Shown piece by piece: positions 12,876 to 25,297 of a stretch of DNA of 64,000 bases. A program made the translations under genes and the position numbers. The DNA comes from Carcharhinus amblyrhynchos (Eukaryota): the NCBI GenBank assembly GCA_965287045.1, contig CBDIYR020000003.1, positions 9,424,001 to 9,488,000 on the forward strand, in the 5' to 3' direction. The first letter of the stretch is position 1. The number at the start of each line of letters is the position of its first letter. The notes beneath the pieces are model-generated. The model worked only from the letters and a program-made list of their open reading frames with translations, was not told the origin of the DNA and did no database searches.

Positions 12876-13494
12876 TGCCTATTCGAAGAAATGTTCCAAT
12901 GGCGGTGGACAGAAGGGGAGAGAATCTTCGTTATTCATTGGCCTCGCCTGAGAGTTTCCTTTTGTGGCTCAGTGGAGTTTTGCCGGACTGATTAAGATGC
13001 CGAGCAGAAAATCAGGTTCTGAATCGTTGAACTAAATATTGGAAAAAAAGTAAAGCAATTACAGGTGAAAAGTGGAAACTGGAGGCAGGAAGGGACAGAG
13101 TGGAAAAATAAATTGAAAGGAACAAGGACAATTAACATGTAAACAATTAAGATTCCACAGATGTACTTGTGGGATCTATTTTTAATATGTTGCGAATTGA
13201 AATCATAAAGTAATATAGTTCTAAGAGTGGACCTCACAATCTATTGTTGTGTTTTGTATTATTTGCAGGTTGAGAAAGATCCCTCTGGCTCTCACACCGC
13301 TCAGTGAATTATTGCTGCTCTTCACCGGTGTGAGAGCGCCCTCTGCTGCTCAGTCTCTGGAGTTGTCGCTGTGGAATTTTGACTGGGACCCGCTACATCT
13401 CTGCAGCAGTGTGGGGACTCATGGCATTAAAATACACAGCTGTGTCGGAGATCAGGACATTATTAATCATTACTTCAGTGATCTTGGTAGTTTT

Positions 13495-15045
13495 ACTAAA
13501 CTTTGATTTCAAAATTTGGGCTTGAAGTTTCTTATCCCCCCAAAGTGATAGAGCATGTGAGAGATGGATACTCAGCGAGAGCCTGATGTCCTCGCGTGTG
13601 AGTCGCTGAAAGTAAACGTGCAGTTGCAGCAGGCAGTAAAGAAGAAAAATGATATGCTAACCTTCATAGCAAGAGGATTTGAGTACAGGAATAGGGATGT
13701 TTTGCTGCAATTCTATCGGGCATTGTTAGGGCCATATCTGGAATATTGTGTGTAGCTTTGACGTCCTCATCCGAGAAAGGATGTCCTCGCTATAGAGGGA
13801 TTGCAGAGAAGGTTTACCAGGCTGTTTCTTGGGATGTTAGTTTTGTCATTTCAGTAGAGAATGAATCAGTTAGAATTCTATTTAAAGAGTTCAAAACAGT
13901 GAGACGAGATCTCACAGAAACTAATAAAATTCCAGGAGGATTGCATAGACCCATAGAAGCAGGAATACGCCATTCAGCCCATCGAGCCTGCTCCGCCATT
14001 CATTTGAACATGGTTGATCATCAAATTTAATATCCTGATTCCTCTTTCCTCTCATATGCTTTGATCCCTTCAGTCCCAAGAGCTATATCTATTTTCTTCT
14101 TGAAATCGGAAAACGTTTTAGTCTCAAATAGTGGTAGTGAATTCTATACCTTCACCACCCTTCGGCTGAAGAAATTTCTTCCCATTTCAGTTCTAATAGG
14201 CTAACCCCTCTTTCTTCAAACTATGACCCCTAGTTAGAATCATAAAAACCCTACAGTTCAGAAAAAGGCCATTCGGCCCATCGAGTCTGCGCCGACTACA
14301 ATCCCACCCAGGCCGTACCCCCATATTCCTAATATTTACCCACTAATCCTTCTAACTACGCATTTCAGGACGCTAAGGGCAATTTTTTAGCATGGCCAAT
14401 CAACCTAACCCGCACATCTTTGGACTGTGGGAGAAAACCGGAGCACCCGGAGGAAACCCACGCAGACACGAGGAGAATGTGCTAACTCTACACAGACAGT
14501 GCGAACTACTTTGCTACCATGCCAAGTTCTGGACTCCTCCATCACTCGGAACATTCTTTCTGAATCTTCACTGCTTAACTCTGTTAGGATTTTAAAAGAC
14601 TTTATGATATCCCCTCTCAGCCTTCGAAACTCCGGTGAATACAATCCTAACCGATTTAGTCACTCTTCATATGACAAATCTACCATCCCAGAAATCAGCC
14701 TGTTAAATCTTCGCTGTGCTCCCTCTCGAGGATTAGACAGAATAGATCCAGAAAGAATTTTCCCGATAATGGGGGAGTTCAGAACTAAGAGTGGCAGTTT
14801 GAAGGTTAGGTTTAAACCTTTTGGGACTGAGCTGAGCAGAGATTTCTTCACCCAGAGAGTAGCGAAGTCATGGAATTCACTACCACAGGAAAGTAGTTGA
14901 GGCCAAAACGTTGTGTTTTTTCAAGAAGAAACTAGATGTCGCTCTTCCTTCTGGAGACTTTTTGCCGAGTGATTCCTAAGTTTAGAATCAGATGATGCAG
15001 AAAATTCTCCAAAGGTCAGTTAATGTTGGTGGCAAATCCTGAAAT
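13495..15045. repeat. Left arm of a ~1.55-kb inverted repeat (composite of CR1 LINE and SINE fragments); partner at ~19188-20740
   Basis: ttttactaaactttgatttcaaaatttgggctt..gatgcagaaaattctccaaaggtcagttaatgttggtggcaaatc is reverse-complemented at 20740-19188, with the same nested TE junctions. Confidence 0.9.
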
Positions 15046-16342
15046 CCGAATGGCTTCGAAACTCAAAGCATTTGGAGATGGGCATGATAATCAGTACATT
15101 ATGGATACACGGCGATAGCACGACTCGTAACAAATTCGGCCTCCTGGAGGAGAAATTAAACTAGTTCCACAAACCTGTCTCTTGTCCCCATCAATCTGTA
15201 TCCACATTGCCCCTGCTGCTCCCTCCTGTTAAAATGAGGAATGATACATTCAATTGCATTTTTCTTTTGTTCATTTGAACAACGAAATGTATTCCATGAC
15301 CTTTAAAACAAATTAACATCTGGCAGTGGTGTGATTCGAACACACTCTCCCACAGTTATTTGCCATGCTGAATTTAGTGACATAAACTTGTCATCAGCGC
15401 TGCCAGAGGAAGCAATTGACGTCATATCTGGTGTTGCCAGGAAACAGGTTAAATGGAGTAAGACAAAGTCACAAATCCCATTCATCCTGCTCCACCATTT
15501 AATAAGATCAAGGCAAATAAAGTCACCATAGTCCCAGTTGAACAAATGTTGTTATTTATTCATCAGATAATAAAAGAATAACAGTGTGATATTGGAAACC
15601 TGAAATAAAAACAGGAAATGCTGGATCAACTCAACAAGTCTGGAGAAAAACAGAGTTAACATTTCAGATCTAAACCATCATCCTCCAGGGATATTCACCT
15701 TATTTGTGTAACTTCAGATTAAGATGCTACAGGAAAGTAAACGGAACAGTTTAGAAGTTGAGGACATTCTTATTGAGCAGCTGAGAATGCTCGAGGGGCC
15801 AATTGGCCCCCTTATGACCTTATTTCCCATATTCTAATCAATGCGGTCAAGGCGATGGTTATGGTGATGTGAATGAGTCAGTGTGGCTGGACGATCTTAT
15901 AATTTCAGGTTCTAGTATCTGTGGTGATTCGGCCTCTGCCAAATTTCCAACTGGTTTGCTCTTTGAGTCGTGCTTGTTTCTCCTGAGGCCTCTCCCACTC
16001 TCTGTGTTTGCCAAAGTGACTCAGCTCACCGATGCGAATAAGCTGGGTTTTCCAACACAAACCTGATTCACATTAGTTCAGAAGGTGATGTCAAAACGTT
16101 TCCGATAAAAATAATTAAGATGAAAGACGTGAGAGGAGTCTGTTATGCTTAGAAGGAGCTGCGGTAAAGAAGCGGAAGATATGAATGATGTTAATGATGG
16201 TTGACAGGAATGCATTGGAACCTTGGCGATTTTTTCGATCGAGTACATTTTACACTTTGAAATCAGAATAACGAGATGCCATTTGGAAATGAACATTTGT
16301 TGTCCGCCTATTTTGGGACTCGAAGGAGCGTTGGCACAACAT

Positions 16343-16415
16343 GTCCGGCTAGCTCAGTCGGTAAAGCATGAGACCCTTAATCTCAGGGTCGTGAGTTTGA
16401 GCCCCACGCTGGGCG
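16343..16415 (+). tRNA. tRNA-Lys (CTT)-like, probably pseudogene
   Basis: GTCCGGCTAGCTCAGTCGGTAAAGCATGAGACCCTTAATCTCAGGGTCGTGAGTTTGAGCCCCACGCTGGGCG; matches vertebrate tRNA-Lys(CTT) but has U33->C, a D-stem mismatch and B-box GTTCGA->GTTTGA. Confidence 0.8.
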
Positions 16416-16841
16416 CCATTATTCTAAAACTTTACTGGGTGAACTCCATTCCTCCAGAATGTCACCGCTTAAAATGAGTCGTTCTCAATTTTGCTTTGTT
16501 AATACCTTAATCACTATTTTCTGAATGAAAGGCGCCTCCACTCCTTTGGAAGTCGGACAGTTTTGTGCTGAATTCAGTGAGAAGCTTTTTTTTAATCATT
16601 TAGCACCAGATTTGAACCCAAATCTGGAAATTATTTGTGTCAGTGGAAAAAGTAAAATCTACTCCACCATTAGCCAGATTTTACCTTGCATCATCAGCTC
16701 TATGGTCAGAGTTTTGCAACCTATCACTTGTTCTTGATTACCTGAACATGACATTTTCATCTCAACGCAAAATGGTATATCTGCCTTACTGGTACAGACA
16801 ACTGATTAAATAATAGTTTTTGCATAACAATAAGTTTTTAA

Positions 16842-16913
16842 TTCCCTGACCGGGAATCGATCCCAGGCTGCAGAGATAAAAACACTGAACTCAAACCACT
16901 AGGCCGCCAGGGA
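16842..16913 (-). pseudogene. tRNA-Glu-derived pseudogene
   Basis: Reverse complement reads TCCCTGGCGGCCTAGTGG...GATCGATTCCCGGTCAGGGAA; acceptor stem retained, anticodon arm degenerate. Confidence 0.75.
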
Positions 16914-17534
16914 AGTTACAGTAGCTACTTTCAAAAATCTAATTGATGTATAAAACCTTTGCCTTTTAGTTTTCATTTCAGACATTGTTTTACACCCGAA
17001 ACAGGATTCTGTTTCACAACACCGGGTTAAAGTCCAACAGGTTTATTTGGTAGCAAAAGCCACTAGTTTTCAGAGCGCTGCCCCTTCGTCAGGTGAGTCC
17101 TCAACTGACGAAGAGAAAAACAATATAACCTCAAACTCAGATCAAACTGTTCTGACTGTTATGTGTTCTGTTAGGGTCAACACTCCTGACACCCTCCGCA
17201 GTGTGTACACACGAAGTCCATTTTTCTGCAGCGGATCGATATCAATGAGTGAAGTGCTCGGACATTTTGGGGCGAGTGAAGAGGAACAGCATTTGCTTGA
17301 ATTTGGAAACCCCTTAGGGCAGACCCCTTGAAAAGTGAGCATAGTGAATGCTGTGCCCGCCAGTGTCTCTGGTCAACGCGCCCATCTAATGAGAGCTATG
17401 GATGCAGACACTTCAGGTTCCGTTTGTGCCTCCTGGCTTGTCTTGTGTTATTGGAGTGGTTGCTGCAGCTGTTCCGGAACTGCAACTTGGAGCGAGGTTT
17501 TTGTACAGCGACTGTTGAGTTTTGTCTCAGTGTG

Positions 17535-17971
17535 AGGCTGAGTCGCACAGTAATAAACTGCAGCGTCCGAGTTCTCCGTGTTTTCAATCAGCAACTGGCC
17601 GCGTTTCGCAGTGCTATCAACATTGAGTTCAAAACGACCACTTCGGTCTCTGCCAGACGTCCGCTTTATAATCCACTCCAGTCCCTCACCGGGTTTCTCT
17701 TTGTACCAATGCATCGCATAAAAGTCGGATACCTCGTAACTACAATCTAACTGCACGGAATCCCCTCTCTGGACACTTTCCCAAGCGGGCGATTGAAGCA
17801 CACGGTCCGAGAGACATGGACCTGGAATAAAATTCACATGATGAATCATTGAAAAAACATGAAAATAAAATTAACAATCAATTTTTGTTATTGGGTCCAA
17901 CTCCTGTCCGTACATATTAGCATCAGCAGAATGAGAGGCAATAGATATAATTGCACAATGCAGTACATCAT
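17535..17971 (-). CDS. TCR V gene segment of a different (Valpha-like) family (leader 17971-17914, V exon 17821-17535)
   Basis: Leader MMYCIVQLYLLPLILLMLI with GT donor in phase 1; DRVLQSP..GDSVQLDCSY..MHWYKEKPGEGLEWII..SDAAVYYCATQP. RSS: CACACTG 17534-17528, 23 nt, ACAAAAACC 17504-17496. Confidence 0.92.
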
Positions 17972-18394
17972 TGTATTTGAAATCTCAATAAGAAACCCGC
18001 ACACAGTTCACAGCAGAAGGAAGTGAATGGGGAGGAAACATTGAAATGTCGGCTGATTTATGTCAGTGACGCCCACACAAATCTAGCTCATGTACTTTTC
18101 TCGGCCTCGCATTTCCCGGAAACGGATATTATTGATCTCATGCAAGTACAGCCTTTTTCCATAGTTACTCATTTTACCGGTGGTCCATATTTGAACATAT
18201 GAATTGTCTAAAGAGTAGTCGCGACTTCCCTTCCCGGTGAGGGAAAGTGACGGGAACCACATCCCTTTGTCATCTTGACTGAGAGAAATAGCCAGTCGTC
18301 GAACTCTGTCAACCCCTTTACAGAGTGAATGGATCCTGAGGAACTGTAGTTAAGGAAAGACAAAATACGGAAAATTCAAATAGCTATTTCCCAG

Positions 18395-18665
18395 TAAAAC
18401 TGCTGCCTCACAGTGCCACAGACCAGAGTTCGATTCCCGGCTTGGGTCACTGCCTGTTCAGGGTCTGCACGTTCCCCCTGTATCTCCGTGGGTTTCCACT
18501 GGCTGCTCTGGTTTCCTCCACTAGTCGGAAAGACAAGCTGGTTAAGTACATTGGCCATGGCAAATTCTCCCTCTGCATCCGAACAGGCTCCGGAGTCTGG
18601 CGACTAGGGGATTTACGCATTTGCAGATGTTAATGTAAGCCTACATGTGACACTAATAAATAATT
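18395..18665 (+). mobile_element. tRNA-derived SINE variant
   Basis: ctgctgcctcacagtgcca..gttcgattcccggcttgggtcactg..gcacgttc..tggtttcctcc; tail gtgacactaataaataa (similar copy at 51125-51390). Confidence 0.7.
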
Positions 18666-19187
18666 GTTAAACTTAATAAGGTATGACTGTGAATATACGC
18701 TTCACAAAATAGTCAGCACATCGGGGAAAATTTAATTGCCTTTTTCTTATAAGATGGAAGAAAACTGTGGGAAAGTGCACTCTAAAAATGTCAACGTATT
18801 CAGAAAAACGAGTATATGTGTATTAATTGATTTGAATGAAGCTGCAGCTGGTATCGCATTGACCCAGTGTGTCTCAGTCACACCGTGTGTCCCTGCTCAT
18901 TAAACACTCCAATGTCTGATACCGCCGCGTTCACAACGCTGGAAACGGAATAACTTCCCCTATGGTCAAAATAGTCTGAATCGCCCGTAACTGTTGCGCC
19001 AATATGATCGATTTTGAGCGCTCTCTTAGTTTAGTTGTCTTTACAAGTGCACACCTTAGGTGCCAACGGTGTTTGCAATCAACTTGATTTCAATTAAACA
19101 ATACTGATTATAACTACCACCTCTGTCACATATGAGTGCAAGTTTACCGAACATACTCGCTGAGAGTGAGGTCACATTGCAATGCTG

Positions 19188-20740
19188 ATTTGCCACCAAC
19201 ATTAACTGACCTTTGGAGAATTTTCTGCATCATCTGATTCCAAACTCAGAAATCCCGGCAAACATTCTCGAGAAGGAAGAGCGACATCTAATTTCTTCTT
19301 GAAAACACACAACGTTTTGGCCTCAACTACTTTCCTGTGGTAGTGAATTCCATGACTTCGCTACTCTCTGGGTGAAGAAATCTCTGCTCACCTCAGTCCC
19401 AAAAGGTTTAAACCTTACCCGCAAACTGCCACTCTTCGTTCTGGACTCCCCCATCATCGGGAAAACTTTTCCTGGATCTATTCTGTCTAATCCTCGAGAG
19501 GGAGCACAGCGAAGATTTAACAGACTGATTTCTGGGATGGTAGGTTTGTCTTATGAAGAGAAACTAAATCCGCTAGGATTGTATTCACCGGAGTTTCGAA
19601 GAGTGAGAGGGGGTCTTATTGAGACTAGTAAAATTCTAGCAGAGTTAAGCAGTGTAGATTCAGAAAGAATGTTCCGAGTGATGAAGGAATCGAGAACTCG
19701 GCGTGGTAGCAAAGTGGTTAGCACTGTCTGTGTGGAGTTTGCACATTCTCCTCCTGTCTGCGTGGGTTTCCTCCGGGTGCTCCGGTTTTCTCCCACAGTC
19801 CAAAGATGTGCGGGTTAGGTTGATTGGCCATGTTAAAAAATTGCCCTCAGTGTGCTGAGATGCGTAGTTAGAGTGATTAGTGGGTAGATATTAGGGATAT
19901 GGGGGTAGGGCCTGGGTGGGGTTGTAGTCGGTGCAGACTCGATGGGCCGAATGGCCTTTTCCTGTACCGTAGGGTTTCTATGATTCTAACTAGGGGTCAT
20001 AGTTTGAGGAAAAGGGGTAAGCCTATTAGAACTGAGATGGGAAGAAATTTCTTCAGCCAAAGGGTGGTGAATGTATTGAATTCACGAACACAGAATGTAT
20101 TTGAGGCCGAAACGTTTTCTGATTTCAAGAAGAAATTAGATCTCGCTCTTGAGACTGAAGTGATCAAAGCATATGAGAGGAAAGTGGAATCAGGATATTA
20201 AATTTGATGATCAACCATGTTCAAAATGAATGGCGGAGCAGGCTCGATGGGCTGAATGGCGTATTCCTGCTTCTATGTGTCTATGTAATCCTCCGGAATT
20301 TTATTAGTTTCTATGCAATCTCCTCTCACTCTTTTGAACTCTAATAAATATAATTCTAACTGATTTGTTCTCTACTGAAATGACAAAACTAACATCCCAA
20401 GAAACAGCCTGGTAAACCTTCTCTGCAATCCCTCTATAGCAAGCACATCCTTTCTCGGATGAGGACGTCAAAGCTACACGTCAAAGCTCTGGGTGTGGCC
20501 CCAAAAATGCCCGATAGAATTGCAGCAAAACATCCCTATTCCTGTACTCAAATCCTCTTGTTATGAAGGTTAGCATGTTATTTTTCTTCTTTACTGCCTG
20601 CTGTAACTGCATATTTACTTCCAGCGACTCACACGCGTGGACATCAGGCTCTTGCTGAGTATCCATCTCGCTCATGCTCTGTCACTTTTGGGTATAACAA
20701 ACTTTAAGCCCAAATTTTGAGATCAAAGTTTAGTAAAGTC
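19188..20740. repeat. Right arm of the ~1.55-kb inverted repeat (CR1 and SINE composite)
   Basis: Reverse complement of 13495-15045; ORFs 19372.. and 19551.. mirror ORFs 14405.., 14427.. and 14660... Confidence 0.9.
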
Positions 20741-21629
20741 ATCCCTCAAAGTTTAAAGTCATCCCTTCTACTTCTACCTGAACTCTTGAAGATAGAGATG
20801 GAGCGACACAATATCCATAATCCGCTCTGAAAAGATTGTTGGAACATCTGATGATCGATGATTTGCAACAATGAAAATCAGATTCAATATCACCAGGCGC
20901 ATTCAAAAAGAAGAGAAATTAAAAATATATTTCATACTGAGGAGAATGTACGATCAGCAGTTGTTGGAATCAGAAGTAAAACAGGCTGTTTTAAAGTTAT
21001 ATAGTGTAGTGTTCTTTTTCCACAGGAGAGGGCAGAAGGACATTGCATTAAATTCATTATCGGAGCGAGTGTCTTTATTGAAGAAAATCTGATTGAGGGA
21101 AGAAATGCAGAAACATAATTTTAACACTGATAACAATCTCTTCTTTTAAAATATTCTTATTCGTTTTAAATGTTGCTATTCCTATAGTTATGTAACAAAT
21201 ATTCGATGGGTAGACCAGTTCCCATTACACAAGTCCCCAAATTATCGAACGATACTTTAGGACTAACATCAGGACCTTGTCACACCGGGACTGGTCACAG
21301 TCTGGAATGAAACTTTAGAAAGAACGAGAGAGCAAAATGCACTGCAATTGTTGGATAGTAGAACAAAAGGAAAATTGTAAGCTTTCCCGCAATAAAAGAG
21401 CTATAACAAGGAGGAAACAGCTGTTGTCATTTATAACTATCTTGTGATTGTCATCCAGCTCACTATGTCTCTGTTTACTGTCTGTTATCTCACCACCTGG
21501 GTGTTACGCAGCACCACTGGGGGCAGAAGGTACAGCGCTGAGAACATCTGTAGACAGGAAGCTGATGATAAGGATTAGACTTGATGAAATCAAACACCCA
21601 GCTCCCCTTCTACAGAGTGGACAGCGGCA

Positions 21630-22091
21630 ATGTGGCTGCTCGGTGTGTGGGTAATGTGGGCACCATTTCTGATAGGTAATTATGTGCAAAATACATTGAC
21701 CGTTTGTCATGTTTCCCAAACTTGGTTCCAGATCATTCTTTCATGATCCGCCCGTCTGAACATTTTCTATTTTGTTAATTTCAGATCTGATTCATGGAGA
21801 TTCTGTCACCCAGTCGCTCTCATCAGATGTTAAGACAGAAGGCGAGATCGTGACTCTAACCTGTAACTATCAAACCGCGGAGAGCGACTATAGGCTGTAC
21901 TGGTACCGACGATTTCCAGACACGCAGCCCATCTTTATTTTGCGGAAAGATCCTGATGGTTATGAAGATAAAGCAGATGTTTTTAAAAGTCGGTTCTATG
22001 TGGATCTCCAGGCCTCGAACAAATTCATCAGTTTAAATATATTCGACCTAAGCCTGGCTGATGCTGCCACTTACTACTGCGTGTTCAGACG
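21630..22091 (+). CDS. TCR alpha/delta (Vdelta-like) V gene segment (leader 21630-21675, V exon 21785-22091)
   Basis: Leader MWLLGVWVMWAPFLI/G; GDSVTQSL..LTCNYQT..WYRRFPDTQP..DAATYYCVFR. RSS: CACAGTG 22092-22098, 23 nt, GCAAGAACC 22122-22130. Confidence 0.93.
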
Positions 22092-22179
22092 CACAGTGAT
22101 AGAAAGAAGGCCCACCTTCGTGCAAGAACCTGCTTATATTGGAGTAATGCATTTGAGGATTGCTTAATGGTCAGATGCT

Positions 22180-22309
22180 NNNNNNNNNNNNNNNNNNNNN
22201 NNNNNNNNNNNNNNNNNNNNNNNNNNNNNNNNNNNNNNNNNNNNNNNNNNNNNNNNNNNNNNNNNNNNNNNNNNNNNNNNNNNNNNNNNNNNNNNNNNNN
22301 NNNNNNNNN
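22180..22309. other. Assembly gap (130 N)
   Basis: Run of N in the sequence. Confidence 0.99.
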
Positions 22310-23129
22310 GGTGAAACCACCACCTAACTGTTCCCAGCAGCAGTGGAAAAAACAAACTGCAGAGTCCAATCTGTCAGGCCGATCCAGCACAGAACAAGAC
22401 TCGACTCATTCTTCCAAAAGACAACCATGCAACTTTTGCCGTCTTGCTCTACCAGTCAGTGGAGAGCTGGAAGCCAGTGAGTGGAAATACATCGAGCTGC
22501 GATACAATTAACGTCATGGTAATGTGAATATACCCGTTGTTTGCGACCGCCGTTTGGAATTAATTTTTCACTACAGCGAACTGTTGTAAATTTCACTCCA
22601 GTCAAAGTGAATGGTCATTCAAATCTCGCATCTGTCCGTTCCTCCATCCATCCTACTGTCCTTCCGTTCATCCATCCACCCTCTATTATCCCCTTAAAGG
22701 CCCCATAGTTCATCCCTTGTTTACACATCCATCCCTCCTTCAATAGTTTTGTTACAAAAGTTCGTTCTATTGCTAAAGGACTCACCGATCTTCAGAACAA
22801 GAATCAAAACGAAGGCCCACAAATTCTTTCACAGTTTTGTTCCCTCAAATTTGAAATTCCCACAGACTTTGAACGGTTCCGGATGTCAAGCTAGAATCGA
22901 ACTGTCAGAAACCACCTTAGTATCCCGCTGTTTCGCAGTTAACATCTGTGTTGTGGGTTTGATTTCATTTGATCCTATCAGTCGCTATTTGACTCTGGCT
23001 AATAAGGAGAGTAAACTGAGTCAGCTGCTCTGAATAAAACAGGAAGTACAATTAGTAGGCCAGTGAAGCTGTGCTTCTTACTCAGACAAAGGAGGCGGTT
23101 CTAAAATTGGACACTGAGATTCCAATTTA

Positions 23130-23765
23130 CAGGATTGAATATAAAAGCAGGGAGGTCTTGCTGCAGCTGTATAGGGCACTGGTGAGGCCGCAGCTGGAGT
23201 ACTGTGTGCAGTTTTGGTCGCCGCACTTGCGCAAGGATATTTTGGCCTTGGAGGGAGTGCAGAGGAGGCCCACATGGCTGATATCGGAGTTGAGGAGGTT
23301 GAGCTATGAGGAGAGGCTGAATAGACTGGGCTTGTACTCGTTAGAGTTTAGAAGGATGAGGGGGGATCTTATTGAGACGTATAAGATGATGAAAGGGATG
23401 GATAGGGTAGAGGTGGAGAGGTTCTTCCTGCTCAGAAAGGATAGCAGAACTAGAGGGCACAGCCTCAAGATAAAGCGGGGGGGGGGGGAGCAGTTTAGAA
23501 CACAGTTGAGGAGGAGCTTCTTCACTCAAAGGGTGGTGAATCGCTGGAATTCTCTTCCCGTTGACGTGGTGGAGGCTACCTCGCTAAACATATTTAAGAC
23601 GCGGGTCGATAGGTTTTTGATAGGCAAGGGGATTAAGGGTTATGGGGAGAAAGCAGGAAAGTGGAACTGAGCCACTTCAGATCAGCCATGATCTTATTGA
23701 ATGGCGGGGCAGGCTCGAAGGGCTGGATGGCCTACTCCTGCTCCTATTTCTTATGTTCTTATGTA
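23130..23765 (+). mobile_element. CR1-type LINE, 5'-truncated (ORF2 C-terminus plus 3' UTR), young copy
   Basis: IEYKSREVLLQLYRALVRPQLEYCVQFWSPHLRKDILALEGVQRR..LGLYSLEFRRMRGDLIETYK..RTRGH; tail cctactcctgctcctatttcttatgttcttatg. Confidence 0.92.
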
Positions 23766-24430
23766 GGACGTCGCACTCAGGACAAAGCAGCCCCGTTTGA
23801 TTCGTGCTGCTTGCACCAATATTTACTCACTCCACAAACGATGTATAGTGGCAAACTTCCAGACCATATCCACGATGAAGTGCAGGAACTCACCAAACCT
23901 CCTTTAGCACCACATTTCGGACACAAAACAGATACAATTTAGAAGGCTATGCGAACACTACCACTATCCGGACTTGGAAATATCCTCCGTGCCTTCACTA
24001 TCCCTCGGTCTCGATAAATATACTGGAATTTCCTCCCTAATAGCGCAGTGGGTGTACTTACACTGCAGGGACTGCAACCGTTCAAGAAGGCAGTTTACCA
24101 CCATCTTATCAAGGGCAGTTAGGGATTGGTAATGTCTGCTGCCATCGCCAGCCAAGGTACACCCCTGGAATTAATAATAAAAAAAATCTACTCGACAGCA
24201 AGTAGACCAAGGCATTCACTGCTGTGGGTCGCGGGATGAGTCTCTGTGTTCTGGCTGCCGAGGAGTTTCGACCGAAAGTTCACAGCTACGTTCACCTTTT
24301 AAATTCTTGATTTTAATTTGAAGGATGGGCGTGGCCTAATTTACCAATCCTCGGGTCAGAAGCATTTCAATTCAGCTCTGAGCTCCAGTCTCCCAGAGCA
24401 GTCCAACTCTGCAGTCTCAGCTCCCCGTCA

Positions 24431-24436
24431 TATAAA
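24431..24436 (+). promoter_or_regulatory. TATA box upstream of the NAR-TCR V leader
   Basis: TATAAA starts 29 nt before the ATG at 24460. Confidence 0.45.
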
Positions 24437-24459
24437 CCTCAGTTCCAGGCAGCAGAGCA

Positions 24460-24942
24460 ATGGGAATCCTTCTTGTTTTCACCGTGTGTGCCTATTTACC
24501 CCGTGAGTACCGATCAAAGTAACCCACATTGTGTGGATTGGACATAACGCTGCCCCAATTCCATCTCAGTTACAGACAGTGTGTGGGGTTTTAGCCCCGT
24601 TGTGCAGTTCGGCTCTGCTGGACTATTAAACTCTCTGTGTTTAATTTGCAGGATTTTTTAGTCAGTCAGTGACACAAAGCCCGGCAGCGGAGACCCGGAA
24701 GGAGTGTCAGTCTCTCACCATCAACTGTGTCTTCAGTGGTGTTTATGAGTTACAAAATGGCCATTTCTTCAGACAAACCCAGACCGGGACAGAGCGGGAG
24801 CGGATCTCCAGCGGAGGGAGATTTATTGTGCTGGTGAATAAAGCAGAAAAGACATTTTCGCTGGAAATTAGGGATATGAGAATTGAAGACACCGCCACCT
24901 ATTACTGTAAAGCTCAGCACTGGTACTACGCACATGGAACAC
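24460..24942 (+). CDS. NAR-TCR (IgNAR-like) V gene segment with long germline CDR3 extension (leader 24460-24502, V exon 24652-24942)
   Basis: Leader MGILLVFTVCAYLP; QSVTQSPAAETRKECQSLTINCVFSGVYELQNGHFFRQTQTGTERERISSGGRF..FSLEIRDMRIEDTATYYCKAQHWYYAHGT. It has a VNAR-type short FR2/CDR2, YYCKA, a non-canonical FR1 Cys and no Trp41. Confidence 0.92.
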
Positions 24943-24970
24943 CACAGTGGAAGACAGGAGAACAAATACT
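24943..24970 (+). promoter_or_regulatory. 12-bp-spacer recombination signal sequence
   Basis: CACAGTG + gaagacaggaga (12 nt) + ACAAATACT; no nonamer at the 23-nt position. Confidence 0.85.
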
Positions 24971-25297
24971 TCAATATTTCTGAACAAACGAAGCAATAAT
25001 TTCCAGGACACGGACCATAGATTGCGAGTTCTTGTTCCTATCGTTGCAACATGGTTGAATTTCGTTGAAATTTCCTCCATTCAGTTATCTTCCTTTAACC
25101 TTTTATTCTATTTATACGAAGTGTCCATCTCCGCTCTGTTCTTGGGCCATTTTGCCAAGAGTTCAGAATGTCGCAAGGAACAGTTTGTTTAAATGGGAGA
25201 TATAAAACAATCATTCTTCATTATTGATCTATAAACCCTGAATAATTGATAAACGCTGATTATTCAGTACTTTTTCCCGGTAGTTTACATTGCAAGT

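Larger units (their letters stand above)
10440..13200 (-). repeat. Segmental duplication containing a V gene; inverted paralog of ~54395-57235
   Basis: Reverse-complement matches run through the 3' flank, V, promoter and upstream DNA (e.g. tgtgaccgtcaaactcaggcttgctccagg vs cctggagcaagcctgagtttgacggtcaca; tttttaatatgttgcg vs cgcaacatattaaaaa); a SINE is shared at the equivalent position. Confidence 0.88.

Noticed and set aside
22085-22511. ORFs spanning the N run
   Set aside because: Artefacts of the assembly gap.
23071-23670. 199-aa ORF (and 52580..53221) as host genes
   Set aside because: Truncated CR1 LINE ORF2 C-termini.
24971-25297. Separate D segment between the NAR-TCR V and J
   Set aside because: No CACAGTG/CACTGTG-like heptamer pair with nonamers found by eye.
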